Shown: piece after piece, positions 51,084 to 61,088 of the stretch
Layout: each line of letters starts with the position of its first letter
Position numbering within the stretch: the stretch's first letter is position 1
Source: Alphaproteobacteria bacterium
GTDB lineage: Bacteria; Pseudomonadota; Alphaproteobacteria; UBA828
Length of the DNA stretch: 64,000 nt
Assembly: GCA_965221125.1 (NCBI GenBank)
Contig: CBDCRW010000004.1
Location: 832,001 to 896,000 of the forward strand
Direction: 5' to 3'
Translations under genes and position numbers: made by a program
The notes under the pieces: model-generated
What the model saw: the letters and a program-made list of their open reading frames with translations, nothing else
What the model was told of the DNA's origin: nothing
The model's database searches: none

Positions 51084-52271
51084 TCAGCCTTCGCGCGGCG
51101 CGTCGTCGATGCGGGGCCGGGTGAGGATCGGCCAGTAGGCCGCGATGAAGAGCGCGAAGGCGCCGGACCAGAGCACCGCCGAGGCCGCGAAGGCGTGGGG
51201 CTCGGCGTCCGGCCCGGCGAGCGGGCCGAAGACGCGGAGCGCAGCACCCAGGTGCACCAGCACGTAGGCCGCCACCTCCACCGGACGCGCGGCGAGCGGG
51301 CGCCCGGTGTGGCCGAGCGCGCTCCGCGTCATCATGCCCAACATGAGGCCGCCAATCGTGCCGGTGCCCAGCGCGTGGTAGGCCGCGGCCGCCGGTACGT
51401 CGGCGCCGGCCAGCCAGAGCGCGCGCAGGATCAGCGCCACCGGCAGCCAGGCGTAAGAGAGCGGCAGCACCCAGAGCAGCGGCTCGCCCCTTGTCGCGGC
51501 CGGGTCCCAAAGCCAGAGCCGGGCGACATGGGCAAGCGCGCCTGCCGCCGCAACGCCGGCGAGCCACGAGCCGCGCGGCAGCCAGGGCTCGAACGGGCCG
51601 GCCAGCAGGAGAACCGCAAGAGTGCCGAAGGCCAGGGCCTCCACGTAGGCGTTGCGCCGGGGCTTGGCTTGCGGCACCGCGTTGGCGTTAAACGCCGGGA
51701 TCACGCGTCCGGCCATCAACGCGACGAGCAGCGCGAAGAGATCGAGGGCGAGCAGCGCGCCGCCGTTGGCGCGCGCGAGCGCGATGAGGCCCGCATGGTC
51801 GAGGTGAAACAGCAGGTTGGCGGCGCCGAGCAGCGCCGGCACCGCCGCCACCGGCAGGTTCCGCCAGTTCCGCGCCTTCAGGACCGGAAGCGCCACCGCG
51901 AGGGAGACGCAGGGCAGAAACAGGCAATCCACGACAATGGCCGGGAGCGCCGGCCCCGTCGCCACCAGCACCCGCCCTGCGATCCACAGCAGAGCCAGCA
52001 CCGCAAGACGCCAGCCGCTGGGCGTGGCGCGGCCGGTCCACGCCCGTGCCGCCGTCAGCAGGAACCCGGTAAGCACCGCCGCGGCGAACCCGAACGCCAT
52101 CTCGTGCGCGTGCCACGCCACGTCCGCGAGATAGGGCTCGCCGGGCAGCAGCTCCCCCGACGCGAAGTGCCAGACCGGCAACCCCACCGCGGCAAACGCC
52201 GCTGCCAGCAGATAGAACGGCCGGAAGCCCATGGCGAGAAAGGGGCCCGCTTGCCCGCGCGCGTCATTCAT
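51084..52271 (-). CDS. nnrS: NnrS family membrane protein
   Basis: GFRPFYL, WHAHEMAFG, GFLLTA..WTG, GRVIPAF, RSALGHTGR. Confidence 0.9.
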   Translation of the reverse strand: MNDARGQAGPFLAMGFRPFYLLAAAFAAVGLPVWHFASGELLPGEPYLADVAWHAHEMAFGFAAAVLTGFLLTAARAWTGRATPSGWRLAVLALLWIAGRVLVATGPALPAIVVDCLFLPCVSLAVALPVLKARNWRNLPVAAVPALLGAANLLFHLDHAGLIALARANGGALLALDLFALLVALMAGRVIPAFNANAVPQAKPRRNAYVEALAFGTLAVLLLAGPFEPWLPRGSWLAGVAAAGALAHVARLWLWDPAATRGEPLLWVLPLSYAWLPVALILRALWLAGADVPAAAAYHALGTGTIGGLMLGMMTRSALGHTGRPLAARPVEVAAYVLVHLGAALRVFGPLAGPDAEPHAFAASAVLWSGAFALFIAAYWPILTRPRIDDAPREG

Positions 52272-52475
52272 CGGCCCGACATAGGGCCGCCGTCACGGGC
52301 CGGTCAATGATCCCGTGGCATTGATCTCGTGTATCCTTGTGCCCGCTGCAAACGCAGCGCGCTGAAGCCGAAAGAGCGATAGACGAGCGCGCCACCGGCT
52401 GGAATACTGCAGCCAGAAACGCATCCGATTCTCTGCGCTATCGCCTGAAGTCCGCCCACCAGACGGTTTGATGAC

Positions 52476-54794
52476 ATGAATTTGGAGCGCTGCATCGACC
52501 TCGTCATGCGTCGTCGGTGGCTGACGATTCTCCTCTCATTGCTTGTCATGCTGGCTCTCGCTGCGGGCGCCGAGCACCTGGTCTCTGTCGACGTCGACGT
52601 CCGGAACCATTTCAAGAAAGACGACCCGCACATTGTCGCGCTCGACAATCTGGAAGACACCTACGCCATCTCCGATAACGTGCTTGTGGCCGTCGCGCCC
52701 AAGACCGGAACGATTTTCAACCGGGATACGCTCGTTGCCATAGAAGAGCTGACCGAACAGCTTTGGCGAACGCCCTATGTCACCCGCGTCGATTCCATCG
52801 CCAACTATTCGCACAGCGAAGGGCTCGAAGATGAGTTGATTGTCGAGCCGCTCATCGATGACGCCGCATCCTTGAGCGATGGCGACATAGAACGAATAGA
52901 GAGAATCGCGCTCGAGACGGAAGAGGTTGCCGGGCGCTTCGTCTCCCGGGACGGCCGCGTTGCCGGCCTGTTTGTCAGCATCGCACTTCCCGACGCTCGC
53001 GAGGATCGAGCACCGGCCAGGATAGAGGTGGTCGACTACCTCTATGACACTGCCGCCGAGGCTCGGGCCAAGTATTCGACCGTCGAATACCACATCACCG
53101 GCGAGCTCGCGCTCAATCGCGCCATGAGCGACGCACTGGACGAAGAATTCGGCCTTCTCGGACCCATCGCGCTTGGGACGATGCTGCTCCTCGCGATAGT
53201 CCTGCTGCGCTCGATTTGGGGAACCGTTGCGATCATCCTGATGATCGTCGCCGTCATCCTGGCCGCGACGGGATTCGTCGGTTGGACCGGCATGCCGCTG
53301 TTCGGTGAAAGCGCGGCCGCAATATTCGTCCTGATGGCGATTGCGGTGGCGCACTCCGTCCACGTCATAGAGGCCATGCTGGCGGGATTGCGCCAGGGAA
53401 TGGACCGCAAGCAGGCGGCAATTCATTCCCTGGAACTCAACGTCTGGCCGGTCTTCCTCACGTCGATCACGACGTCGATCGGCTTCCTCAGCCTCAATTT
53501 CTCGGAAATGCCGCCGTTTCAGGTCATGGGCAACATGGTGGCGTTCGGCTCGGTGTGCGCCTTCGTCTTTGCCGTGACGCTCCTGCCCGCGTTCCTGTCG
53601 TACATGCCCATGCGCGTCCGGCCCGCGCGCGAGGGAAGAGTGGACTACTTCGATCGTCTCGGGCGGTTCGTCGTCTCGCGGCGTGTGATCCTTCTGTGCA
53701 CCTTCGGCGTCCTGACCGTTGCGCTGATGGCCGGTATCGCCCGGATCGAGCTCAAGGAAAATTGGCTCGAGCTGCTCGGCGAAAGCTATGAGTTCCGCCG
53801 ATCCACCGACTTCATCAGCGAGAATTACACGGGCGTCGAAGCGTTCGAGTATTCGCTCAGCGCGGGCCAGGAGGGCGGCGTCACGGACGTCGAATACCTG
53901 AAGCAGGTCGACGCGTTCGCGGAGTGGTATCGGGCGCAACCGAAAGTCGCGCACGTCTTCGCCATCTCCGACATCATGAAGCGCCTGAACAAGAACCTGA
54001 ACGGCGACAGGCCGGAGTTCTACAGCATTCCCGACAGCTCCGACCTCGCCGCCCAGTACCTGCTGCTGTACGAGTTTTCGCTGCCGGTCGGCCTCGACCT
54101 CAACAATCTCATCGACGTCGAGCGCTCGGCGACGCGCGTGACGGTCGTACTCGGCAGCCTGTCCACCAACGAGAAAGTAGAGCTCGATGACCGCGCGCGC
54201 GCGTGGTTCCAGCAGAACGCGCCCAATCTGGAGACCGGGGCCGCCGGGGTTTCGATCGTCGGCGCTCATTCGATCCAGAAGAACATAAGGAACATGCTGA
54301 TCGGCACCATCACGGCGATGGGGATCGTCTCGCTGCTGCTGGTCATCATCTTCAGGAGCGTACGCTTCGGTGTGATCAGCCTGATACCCAACTTCGTTCC
54401 GGCCGCCATGGCGATGGGTTTGTGGGGGTATGCGGTCGGAGCGGTCGGAAATGCGGCGGCGGTGGTCACCGCCATCGCGTTCGGCATCATCGTGGACGAC
54501 ACGATCCACTTCATGACCAAGTACATCAGGGCCAGAAAGAACGGGCAGACGCCGGAGGAGTCCGTGCGAGGCGCCTTCCGCACCGTGGGCAAGGCGCTGG
54601 TCGCGACGACCGTCGTGTTTGCGCTCGGATTCATGGTGTTCGGTGCATCGGGAATGGCCACCAACCAGGCGCTGGGCCTCCTCGTCGGAACGACCGTCAT
54701 CATCGCCTTGCTGGCGGACTTCCTGTTCTTGCCACCGTTGCTGATGGTTCTCGAGCGGTTCAGGTTCGGGAAGGCGAGTGGAGAAGGCAGTTGA
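52476..54794 (+). CDS. MMPL/RND-superfamily exporter
   Basis: Two repeats of TM + large periplasmic loop + 5 TM; TSITTSIGFLSL, SLIPN, GIIVDDTIHF. Confidence 0.9.
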   Translation: MNLERCIDLVMRRRWLTILLSLLVMLALAAGAEHLVSVDVDVRNHFKKDDPHIVALDNLEDTYAISDNVLVAVAPKTGTIFNRDTLVAIEELTEQLWRTPYVTRVDSIANYSHSEGLEDELIVEPLIDDAASLSDGDIERIERIALETEEVAGRFVSRDGRVAGLFVSIALPDAREDRAPARIEVVDYLYDTAAEARAKYSTVEYHITGELALNRAMSDALDEEFGLLGPIALGTMLLLAIVLLRSIWGTVAIILMIVAVILAATGFVGWTGMPLFGESAAAIFVLMAIAVAHSVHVIEAMLAGLRQGMDRKQAAIHSLELNVWPVFLTSITTSIGFLSLNFSEMPPFQVMGNMVAFGSVCAFVFAVTLLPAFLSYMPMRVRPAREGRVDYFDRLGRFVVSRRVILLCTFGVLTVALMAGIARIELKENWLELLGESYEFRRSTDFISENYTGVEAFEYSLSAGQEGGVTDVEYLKQVDAFAEWYRAQPKVAHVFAISDIMKRLNKNLNGDRPEFYSIPDSSDLAAQYLLLYEFSLPVGLDLNNLIDVERSATRVTVVLGSLSTNEKVELDDRARAWFQQNAPNLETGAAGVSIVGAHSIQKNIRNMLIGTITAMGIVSLLLVIIFRSVRFGVISLIPNFVPAAMAMGLWGYAVGAVGNAAAVVTAIAFGIIVDDTIHFMTKYIRARKNGQTPEESVRGAFRTVGKALVATTVVFALGFMVFGASGMATNQALGLLVGTTVIIALLADFLFLPPLLMVLERFRFGKASGEGS

Positions 54795-54805
54795 GCGCGC
54801 CTGGG

Positions 54806-56122
54806 ATGGGCGGTTCCCTCCATCGCAAGATCGGGAACGTCCTCGGGCAAATCGGCGCGGCCCGCCTGACCGTGGTTCTTGCGCCTTTGTCGCTGCTGGT
54901 TTCGGTGCAGGTGGCGACCGGCGCGCACGCCGACGACGGGTTCGTGGAATTCGTGGAGGTTACCGGGCGCCTCTCCCCGGAAACCCGGCTCTACCCCGAG
55001 ACTGCCGCGTACCCCGGCCAGCGCTCGCACGCGAGCGGGCTTGCCGCGGAGATGACGCTCTACATGGAGGACGAGGACGGCAGAAGCATCACGGTCACGC
55101 CGTTTTACCGCTACGACGCCGGGGATCCGGACCGCACCCACGGCGACCTCCGCGAGGCCTTCCTGCTGCTCTACGGCGATCTCGGCGAGGACGAATGGGA
55201 GCTGCGTCTCGGGTTCGACCGCGTGTTCTGGGGAGTCGTGGAGTCGCGCCCCCTGGTCGACATCGTCAACCAGACCGATCTCGTGGAGAATCCGAACGAG
55301 AAGACCAAGATGGGTCAACCCATGGCCCATGTCACCTGGGCCGGAGACTGGGGGGCGCTGGAGCTGTTCGCGCTGACCTGGCACCGCGAACGCACCTTTC
55401 CGGGCCGGCACGGCCGCCTGCGCGCCGGGCTCGTCGTGGACCACGACTTGACCTCGTACGAGTCGGCGGACGAAGAGTGGCACCTCGACCTCGCCGCCCG
55501 CTTCTCCAGCAGCTTCGGGCCGGTCGACATCGGGCTCAGCGTGTTCGACGGCACCAGCCGCGAGCCCACGCTGCTGCCGACGCTGGTGGGCCACGAACTC
55601 GTTCTGGCGCCCCATTACGAGCAGATCACCCAATTCAGCCTCGATACCCAGATCACCACGGGCTCATGGCTGCTCAAGCTGGAGGCCATACACCGCGCCG
55701 GCGCGCAGAACCGCCGGCTCGATCAACAGCTCAGGTACGAGGAAGAGGACTACGCAGCCTTCATCGCGGGCGGCGAGTACACGATCAACGGTGTGTTGGA
55801 CACGGACGCCGACCTGAGCCTGATCGGCGAACTGGCGCGCGACGGGCGGGGCCGATGGGCCACCAATGCGTTCGAGAACGACATATTGCTGGCCGCACGT
55901 CTCGGGCTGAACGACGAGCAGAGCACCGAGTTCACGGTCAGCGTTCTGGAGTCCCTGGACAACAGCACCCGCGTTCTAAGCGCCGAGCTCAAGCGCCGCC
56001 TTTCGGAGAACTGGTCCATGCACGTGGAGAGCACCGCCTACTTCGACGTCGACGAGACTGACGTCATATACGAAGTGCGGCGCGACAGTTTCATCGGGGT
56101 GAACCTGGACTACAACTTCTGA
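54806..56122 (+). CDS. Putative outer-membrane beta-barrel protein (DUF1302-like)
   Basis: Signal peptide ending AHA; LREA, VFWGVVES..LVDIVNQ; C-terminal FIGVNLDYNF beta-signal; alternative TTG start at 54791. Confidence 0.7.
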   Translation: MGGSLHRKIGNVLGQIGAARLTVVLAPLSLLVSVQVATGAHADDGFVEFVEVTGRLSPETRLYPETAAYPGQRSHASGLAAEMTLYMEDEDGRSITVTPFYRYDAGDPDRTHGDLREAFLLLYGDLGEDEWELRLGFDRVFWGVVESRPLVDIVNQTDLVENPNEKTKMGQPMAHVTWAGDWGALELFALTWHRERTFPGRHGRLRAGLVVDHDLTSYESADEEWHLDLAARFSSSFGPVDIGLSVFDGTSREPTLLPTLVGHELVLAPHYEQITQFSLDTQITTGSWLLKLEAIHRAGAQNRRLDQQLRYEEEDYAAFIAGGEYTINGVLDTDADLSLIGELARDGRGRWATNAFENDILLAARLGLNDEQSTEFTVSVLESLDNSTRVLSAELKRRLSENWSMHVESTAYFDVDETDVIYEVRRDSFIGVNLDYNF

Positions 56123-56167
56123 AGCGAGTGTGAAGGCTCAGAGAATGGCCACCGACAGGAGGAAACG

Positions 56168-56986
56168 GTGATGCGCGTCGCACTCCCCCACCCACTGCTT
56201 GCCGTGCCCGTGATGTTCGTCGCCCTCGTGGCCTGGGCGGTCGAGCCGTCGGCGGCGCGCGCGGACAGCGCGGAGGAAGCCGGCCTCAAGATCGCGACGG
56301 ACGCTCGCGAACGCCAGAAGGGTTTCGGCAATTTCACCGCAAACCTGACCATGACCCTGCGCAACAAGCGCGGGCAGGAAAGCCAGCGCGAGCTCCGCCT
56401 CAAGGTGATCGAGGTGGAGGGAGACGGCGACCGCACCCTGTTCGTGTTCGACCGCCCGCGCGACGTGAGAGGCACCGCGTTTCTCGTTCACGCCCACAAG
56501 GGCGAGCCGGACGACCAGTGGCTCTATCTCCCCGCCTTGAAGCGGGTCAAGCGCATCAGCTCCTCGAAGCAATCGGGATCCTTCATGGGCAGCGAATTCT
56601 CGTACGAGGACATGGGCGCCGTCGAGGTCGAGAAATTCACGCACCGGCACCTGCGCGACGAAGCCTGCGGCGATCTCCAATGCGCCGTTCTGGAACGCGT
56701 GCCGCTGAGCAAGGATTCGGGGTACGCGCGGCAACTGGTCTGGCTCGACCGGGAAGAGCTCCGCACCATGCAGATCCAGTTCTTCGACCGCCGGGACGAG
56801 CATCTCAAGACGATGGTCGTCGAAGACCACCGGCAGTATCTGGATCGCTTTTGGCGGGCAGGAACCATAACGATGACGAACCACCGCACGGGCAAGGGCA
56901 CCGTGCTGGTCTGGCAGGACTACGAGTTCGGGACCGACCTCGACGAGGGAGACTTCACGAAGACGGCGCTGAAGCGGGTCCGGTAG
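56168..56986 (+). CDS. LolA-like outer membrane lipoprotein-sorting family protein
   Basis: Signal peptide; F..PRDVRGTAFL, DDQWLYLPALKRVKRI, SFMGSEFSYED. Confidence 0.88.
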   Translation: MMRVALPHPLLAVPVMFVALVAWAVEPSAARADSAEEAGLKIATDARERQKGFGNFTANLTMTLRNKRGQESQRELRLKVIEVEGDGDRTLFVFDRPRDVRGTAFLVHAHKGEPDDQWLYLPALKRVKRISSSKQSGSFMGSEFSYEDMGAVEVEKFTHRHLRDEACGDLQCAVLERVPLSKDSGYARQLVWLDREELRTMQIQFFDRRDEHLKTMVVEDHRQYLDRFWRAGTITMTNHRTGKGTVLVWQDYEFGTDLDEGDFTKTALKRVR

Positions 56987-57133
56987 GCTCGGACGAGGGC
57001 CGGCGACGGCTCTCGCCCTCTGGCATCGCCGCTGCGCGCACGGATAGCACGTGTACGTCAGACAGGCAGCGCGCGCTTCTGCTCGGCGATACGGTAATGC
57101 AGCTTCTTGCTCTGCTTTATCGACGGAACAGGT

Positions 57134-57472
57134 CTATCCGATCACGCCGGACCGATGCGCGCCGGTGAGAGTCCGATCGGAATTGCGATCGGCACGGGGG
57201 GCGTCCGGATAGAACTGCCTGCAATAGCGCCGATACTTGCCGATGGGACCGTCGGAACGACACAAGCGCGGACGGCGCCTGTAGCTCTTTTGCTGCCAGA
57301 TTACGACGTCCTGAAGAACATCCTTCTCCTGCATGGACATTATGATCCTGTTCATGGTCCTGGTGCGCAATCCAACCGGCAGGAACCGGAGCCCGGCGAT
57401 CGCACGTCTCGGCTTTCGCAGTTGCCGAAGCTGCGAGACCAGAACCAGCTCGATGAGCGTGCCATCCACTGG
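57134..57472 (-). pseudogene. Rieske oxygenase (KshA/Neverland-type), 3' fragment
   Basis: PVDGTLIELVL...QDVVIWQQKSY..PRLCRSDGPIGKYRRYCRQFY, resembling the KshA C-terminus; in frame with 62094-62604 once the transposon is removed. Confidence 0.85.
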
Positions 57473-57877
57473 TGTTGTTTCGCACGTTATTTGACGCCGA
57501 ATCTCCCAGATTATTTGACGTGATCGCTGCCCTGATTTCCCAGATTGCTCGGTCTTTTCCGGATCGAAGCGTAGGAGCTCATGGTCTCTGCGGGCGGTCC
57601 GGGGTCGCTGTCTGATTGAGGTTTGGACTGGTGCTTGAGGAGAGCTGACGAGGTGTCGCGCGGCCGTCGGCGCGTCAAGCGGCTGCGCCGCTCCTGCGCT
57701 TCGCTTCGGCCCTTCGGGTGACTCGCCACCGTCCACACGACGAAGTGCTGCCATGGCCTGAAGCAAGCTTCCGGCCACGGACTGGCCGCTCACCTGACGT
57801 AGTATCCCGGTGGAGGCGCAGCGCCTTCCGGACCGTTGGGGAAGGGTGGTTCCCGACGGCGGTTCCGGCTCGAACCC

Positions 57878-58918
57878 CTAGGCGTTGGCGGAACCGGGCT
57901 CCGGGAACCGCGGGGCCTGCGGCCGACTGCTGCCGTTGGCGGCGGCGGCCGCCGCCCGCTTGTCCGCTGCGCCTGCGACGACGCTGTAGCCGCCCTCGGC
58001 GTTGCGCGCGACGCGACCCTCCTGGACGAGCTTTTGCAAGATTACGCCGACGGTCTTGTGCCGGGTCGCGGCGCGTTCCCGGATCTGGCGTTGCGAGAGC
58101 GGCGCCCCGGCGTCGGCGAGCGCCTTGAGAACGCGGCATTCGGGTGTTTCGGGCTGAGGCGCCCCGCCGCCGGCCGTGGGCGGCTGGCGCAGCCGGAAGG
58201 AGGGCTCCTCTCCGTCTTCCTTGAGCTCGATCTCGATGTCGTCGAGACCGCGTGCGGCGCGATGCTCGACGGTCATGAGGGTCTGCCGGTCCCGGCGGCG
58301 CAGGTAGAGGTTCGAGTCCCCCCAGGCGTGCAGCTCACTGCTGCCCCGCAGGGCCTGCCCCGGCCTCGTGGCCCCGCTCTTGCGGGCGTGGTGGACGAGG
58401 AGGACGGCGGTCTCGAAGCGGCGTTGCAGGTCGCGCAGGAAGCCGAGGATCGGGGCGACGTCCGCAACCGTGTTCTCGTCCACGCCGTGCAGGCGGACCA
58501 GGGGGTCGAGGACCACGAGGCGCGGTGCGATGCGCTCCACGGTCTGCTGCAGGCGGCGGCGGTCGTCGAGATGGTCGAGGCGCAGTGTGGGCACGTCGAT
58601 GACGGCGATGTCGAGGGTCTCGAAGCGGGCGCCTGCGGCGCGGGCGATCCCCTGCAGGCGCTTGCGCACGAGGTGGCCGGCGTCTTCTGCGGCGAACAGC
58701 AGGACCGGGCCAGGCCGGGCCGGGGCGAAGTGCCGCAGGCATGGGACGCCGGCGGCGACTGCGACCGCGAGGTCCAGCGCCAGGATGGACTTGCCGCACT
58801 TCGGCTCGCCGCCGACGATGCCGACGGCCTGCTCGCCCCATAGCGTGTCCACCAGCCATTGCTGCTCGCGCGGCCGCTCCTCCAGCTCGATCGGGGCGCG
58901 GGTCGGGAAGCCGGTCAT
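57878..58918 (-). CDS. AAA_25 / RepA-like RecA-fold helicase-ATPase with C-terminal winged helix
   Basis: WLVDTLW, Walker A GGEPKCGKS, AAED, LVVLDPL, DEN, LLVHHARK, RGSS; C-terminal PLSQRQIRER..VGVILQKLVQEGRV; ATGA overlap with the ExeA stop. Confidence 0.82.
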   Translation of the reverse strand: MTGFPTRAPIELEERPREQQWLVDTLWGEQAVGIVGGEPKCGKSILALDLAVAVAAGVPCLRHFAPARPGPVLLFAAEDAGHLVRKRLQGIARAAGARFETLDIAVIDVPTLRLDHLDDRRRLQQTVERIAPRLVVLDPLVRLHGVDENTVADVAPILGFLRDLQRRFETAVLLVHHARKSGATRPGQALRGSSELHAWGDSNLYLRRRDRQTLMTVEHRAARGLDDIEIELKEDGEEPSFRLRQPPTAGGGAPQPETPECRVLKALADAGAPLSQRQIRERAATRHKTVGVILQKLVQEGRVARNAEGGYSVVAGAADKRAAAAAANGSSRPQAPRFPEPGSANA

Positions 58919-59715
58919 GGCCGCAGTTCCTCGAGCGCGTGCTGCAGGTGGTCGGCACTGACGGTCCTCGCCTCGTCGAGAGCGGCGGCGGAGAGCGCGT
59001 AGTGGGCGATGCGGTTGATCTGGCGCGGCAGGCCGCGCGCGCCCTGGAACAGGGCCTCGACGGCGGGCTCTTCGAACAGCGGCAGTTCGCATCCCGCGAG
59101 CCTGAGGCGGTGCTTGATGTAAGCGTCGACCTCGTCGCGGTCGAGACCGCTCAGGTGGTGGCGGACGACGAGGCGCTGGCTGAGGGATTCGTGCATGGCC
59201 ATGGCCAGGCGGCGCCTGAGCTCGGTCAGACCGACGAGGACGAGGCACAGGCGCTGCTCTGCATCCATGGCGAAGTTGGTGAGCAGGCGCAGGTCCTCAA
59301 GGACGTCGTTGCGCAGATGATGGGCCTCGTCGATGACGAGGACCGGCAGCTGCTTGGCCTCGGTGACGAGGCGGGAGATCTCGTTTCGGATGGCCTGATA
59401 GGCCGAGGCGCGGGAGCGCTCGATGGGCAGGCCGATCTCCCACGCGATCGCCTTGTACATGTCGAGCACGTTGCCCGTGGTCAGCGAGACGTAGTGGACC
59501 CGGTAGAGGCCTGGATGAAGCTGCGCGGTCAGATGCCGGCACACGGTGGTCTTGCCGGAGCCCACCTCGCCGGTGAGCAGGCCGATGCCGCGCAGGTCGA
59601 TGAGGTGGCCGAGCCTGGCCTCGGCCTCGCGGCGCGCGTTGGACTCGAACAGCTCGTCGGTCTCTGCCGGGGTCTCGAAGGGCAGGCGGGTGAAGGCGAA
59701 GTGGCGCAGGTACAT
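58915..59715 (-). CDS. ExeA-family AAA+ ATPase (transposition regulator)
   Basis: YLRHF.F..PF, GEVGSGKTT, VIDEAHHL, LVLVG, GLPRQIN; TGATG coupling to the transposase. Confidence 0.9.
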   Translation of the reverse strand: MYLRHFAFTRLPFETPAETDELFESNARREAEARLGHLIDLRGIGLLTGEVGSGKTTVCRHLTAQLHPGLYRVHYVSLTTGNVLDMYKAIAWEIGLPIERSRASAYQAIRNEISRLVTEAKQLPVLVIDEAHHLRNDVLEDLRLLTNFAMDAEQRLCLVLVGLTELRRRLAMAMHESLSQRLVVRHHLSGLDRDEVDAYIKHRLRLAGCELPLFEEPAVEALFQGARGLPRQINRIAHYALSAAALDEARTVSADHLQHALEELRP

Positions 59716-61043
59716 CACTCGTCCTCCTTCTTGTCCTTGAGGTTGCGCATGGCCAGCGGCGAGGGCGGAGGCTCGGGCGCCGGATCTTCGGCCTCGATCT
59801 CCCTGGCCGGGTAGGTGCGCCTGACGGCGGTATTGGCGTAGGCGTCGAGAGGGCTGGCCTTGCCGGCCGGCTTGCCGTCATGGACCACGTCGAGAGGGCG
59901 CGAGGGCGGCGCGGCCGGGTCGTAGCGCAGGATGACGTTCTGACCCACCAGGAGGGCGTCGACCTCGTAGACGCGGCCGTTCAGACTAACGGTGCGGTCC
60001 TTGTAGACACGGCGCCTGGCCTCGAAGAGGAACAGATCGTCGAGGTCCATGGTGGCGTCGGGATAGCGCACGCCGGCCGAGGCCAGCGCCCACTGCTCAA
60101 GCGGGGTGCGCCCCTCGTCGAGGCCACGATGCGGGCTGTTGTGATACTCCCCCTCGATCCAGGCCCAGAGGCTGCGGTTGAGCGCCTCCAGGCTGTCGAC
60201 GTCATCGCCGAGGTGGCGGAGCCAGCCGGCCCGGAGGGTGCGGAAGAAGCGCTCGATCTTACCCTTTCCCGCTGGCTGGAACGCCCTTGCGTGAATCAAC
60301 GCAACGCCGAGCCTGGCGCAGACCAGGGAGAGATGACGGGAGCGGTAGGCGCTTCCGTTGTCGACGTACAAGCGGGCCGGGAGGCCGCGCCGGATCAGCG
60401 CGTCCTTGAACACCGGCAGGAACGCCGCAGTGTTCTCCGCCATGGCGAAGGCGGCGAACGGGATGACGCGGGTGGCGTCGTCGATGAAGGCGATCAGGTA
60501 GGTCTTGCGCCGGGTTCGGCCGTGCCGGACCTTGGGTCCGTGCATGACGTCGCTCATCCACATCTCGCCGGCATGCCGGAAGGCGAAGCGGCGGCGATCC
60601 GCCCCGTCGGGCGGCTTCTTGTCGAACAGGCCCTCGCGGCTGAAGAGGCGGTGCACGGTGGACGAGGCGAGCGGGTGGTCGATACCCTCCTCCTTGACCT
60701 TCTGGATGATGGCGCGAACCGACAATGCGTCGTTCTCGGTCTTCAGCGCGATGAGGCGCTCGGCGACCTCGGGCGGCAGCCGCCGGGGCTTCCCCCGGTC
60801 GGTGCGGGGCTTGGGGTAGAGCGCGTCGAAGCCGCCGTAGCGGTAGTCCTTGATCCAGCGCCGCATGGTCTCGGCGGCGACCCGGGTCCTGGTGGTTCCG
60901 GGGATCGTGTAGGTCTTCTCGGCTTTGGCGCGCATCATCGCGCCGGCACCCGGTGCACCCACGGGCAGATGCACCAGATCGGCGATGACGTCGTATCGGA
61001 AGAGCGCGATCTGTTGGCGAAGGTCGTCGTCTGAGCTGTTCAT
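59715..61043 (-). CDS. DDE integrase/transposase with Mu-like C-terminal domain
   Basis: HTH (TMRRWIKDY..GGFDALYPK.R.D), WMSD, YVDNGSAY, KGKIERFF, YHNSPHRGL, RRVYKDRTVSLNG. Confidence 0.93.
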   Translation of the reverse strand: MNSSDDDLRQQIALFRYDVIADLVHLPVGAPGAGAMMRAKAEKTYTIPGTTRTRVAAETMRRWIKDYRYGGFDALYPKPRTDRGKPRRLPPEVAERLIALKTENDALSVRAIIQKVKEEGIDHPLASSTVHRLFSREGLFDKKPPDGADRRRFAFRHAGEMWMSDVMHGPKVRHGRTRRKTYLIAFIDDATRVIPFAAFAMAENTAAFLPVFKDALIRRGLPARLYVDNGSAYRSRHLSLVCARLGVALIHARAFQPAGKGKIERFFRTLRAGWLRHLGDDVDSLEALNRSLWAWIEGEYHNSPHRGLDEGRTPLEQWALASAGVRYPDATMDLDDLFLFEARRRVYKDRTVSLNGRVYEVDALLVGQNVILRYDPAAPPSRPLDVVHDGKPAGKASPLDAYANTAVRRTYPAREIEAEDPAPEPPPSPLAMRNLKDKKEDE

Positions 61044-61088
61044 GGTGCGATCCTCGTTCAGGGACTCCCTGGCCCCGGGATCGTCACG

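Noticed and set aside
52300-52340. FNR/NnrR box upstream of nnrS
   Set aside because: Only one good half-site (TTGAT-N4-TGTAT); too weak to call.
57058-57130. Short minus-strand peptide IKQSKKLHYRIAEQKRALPV* as another gene remnant
   Set aside because: Protein-like but too short, with no start codon and no family I can recognise.
57134-57793. 219-aa ORF as a real gene
   Set aside because: Chimeric frame: transposon end sequence read into the Rieske 3' fragment.
58915-59715. Type II secretion system ExeA/GspA
   Set aside because: No secretion genes nearby; the gene is translationally coupled to a transposase and lies inside the element ends.
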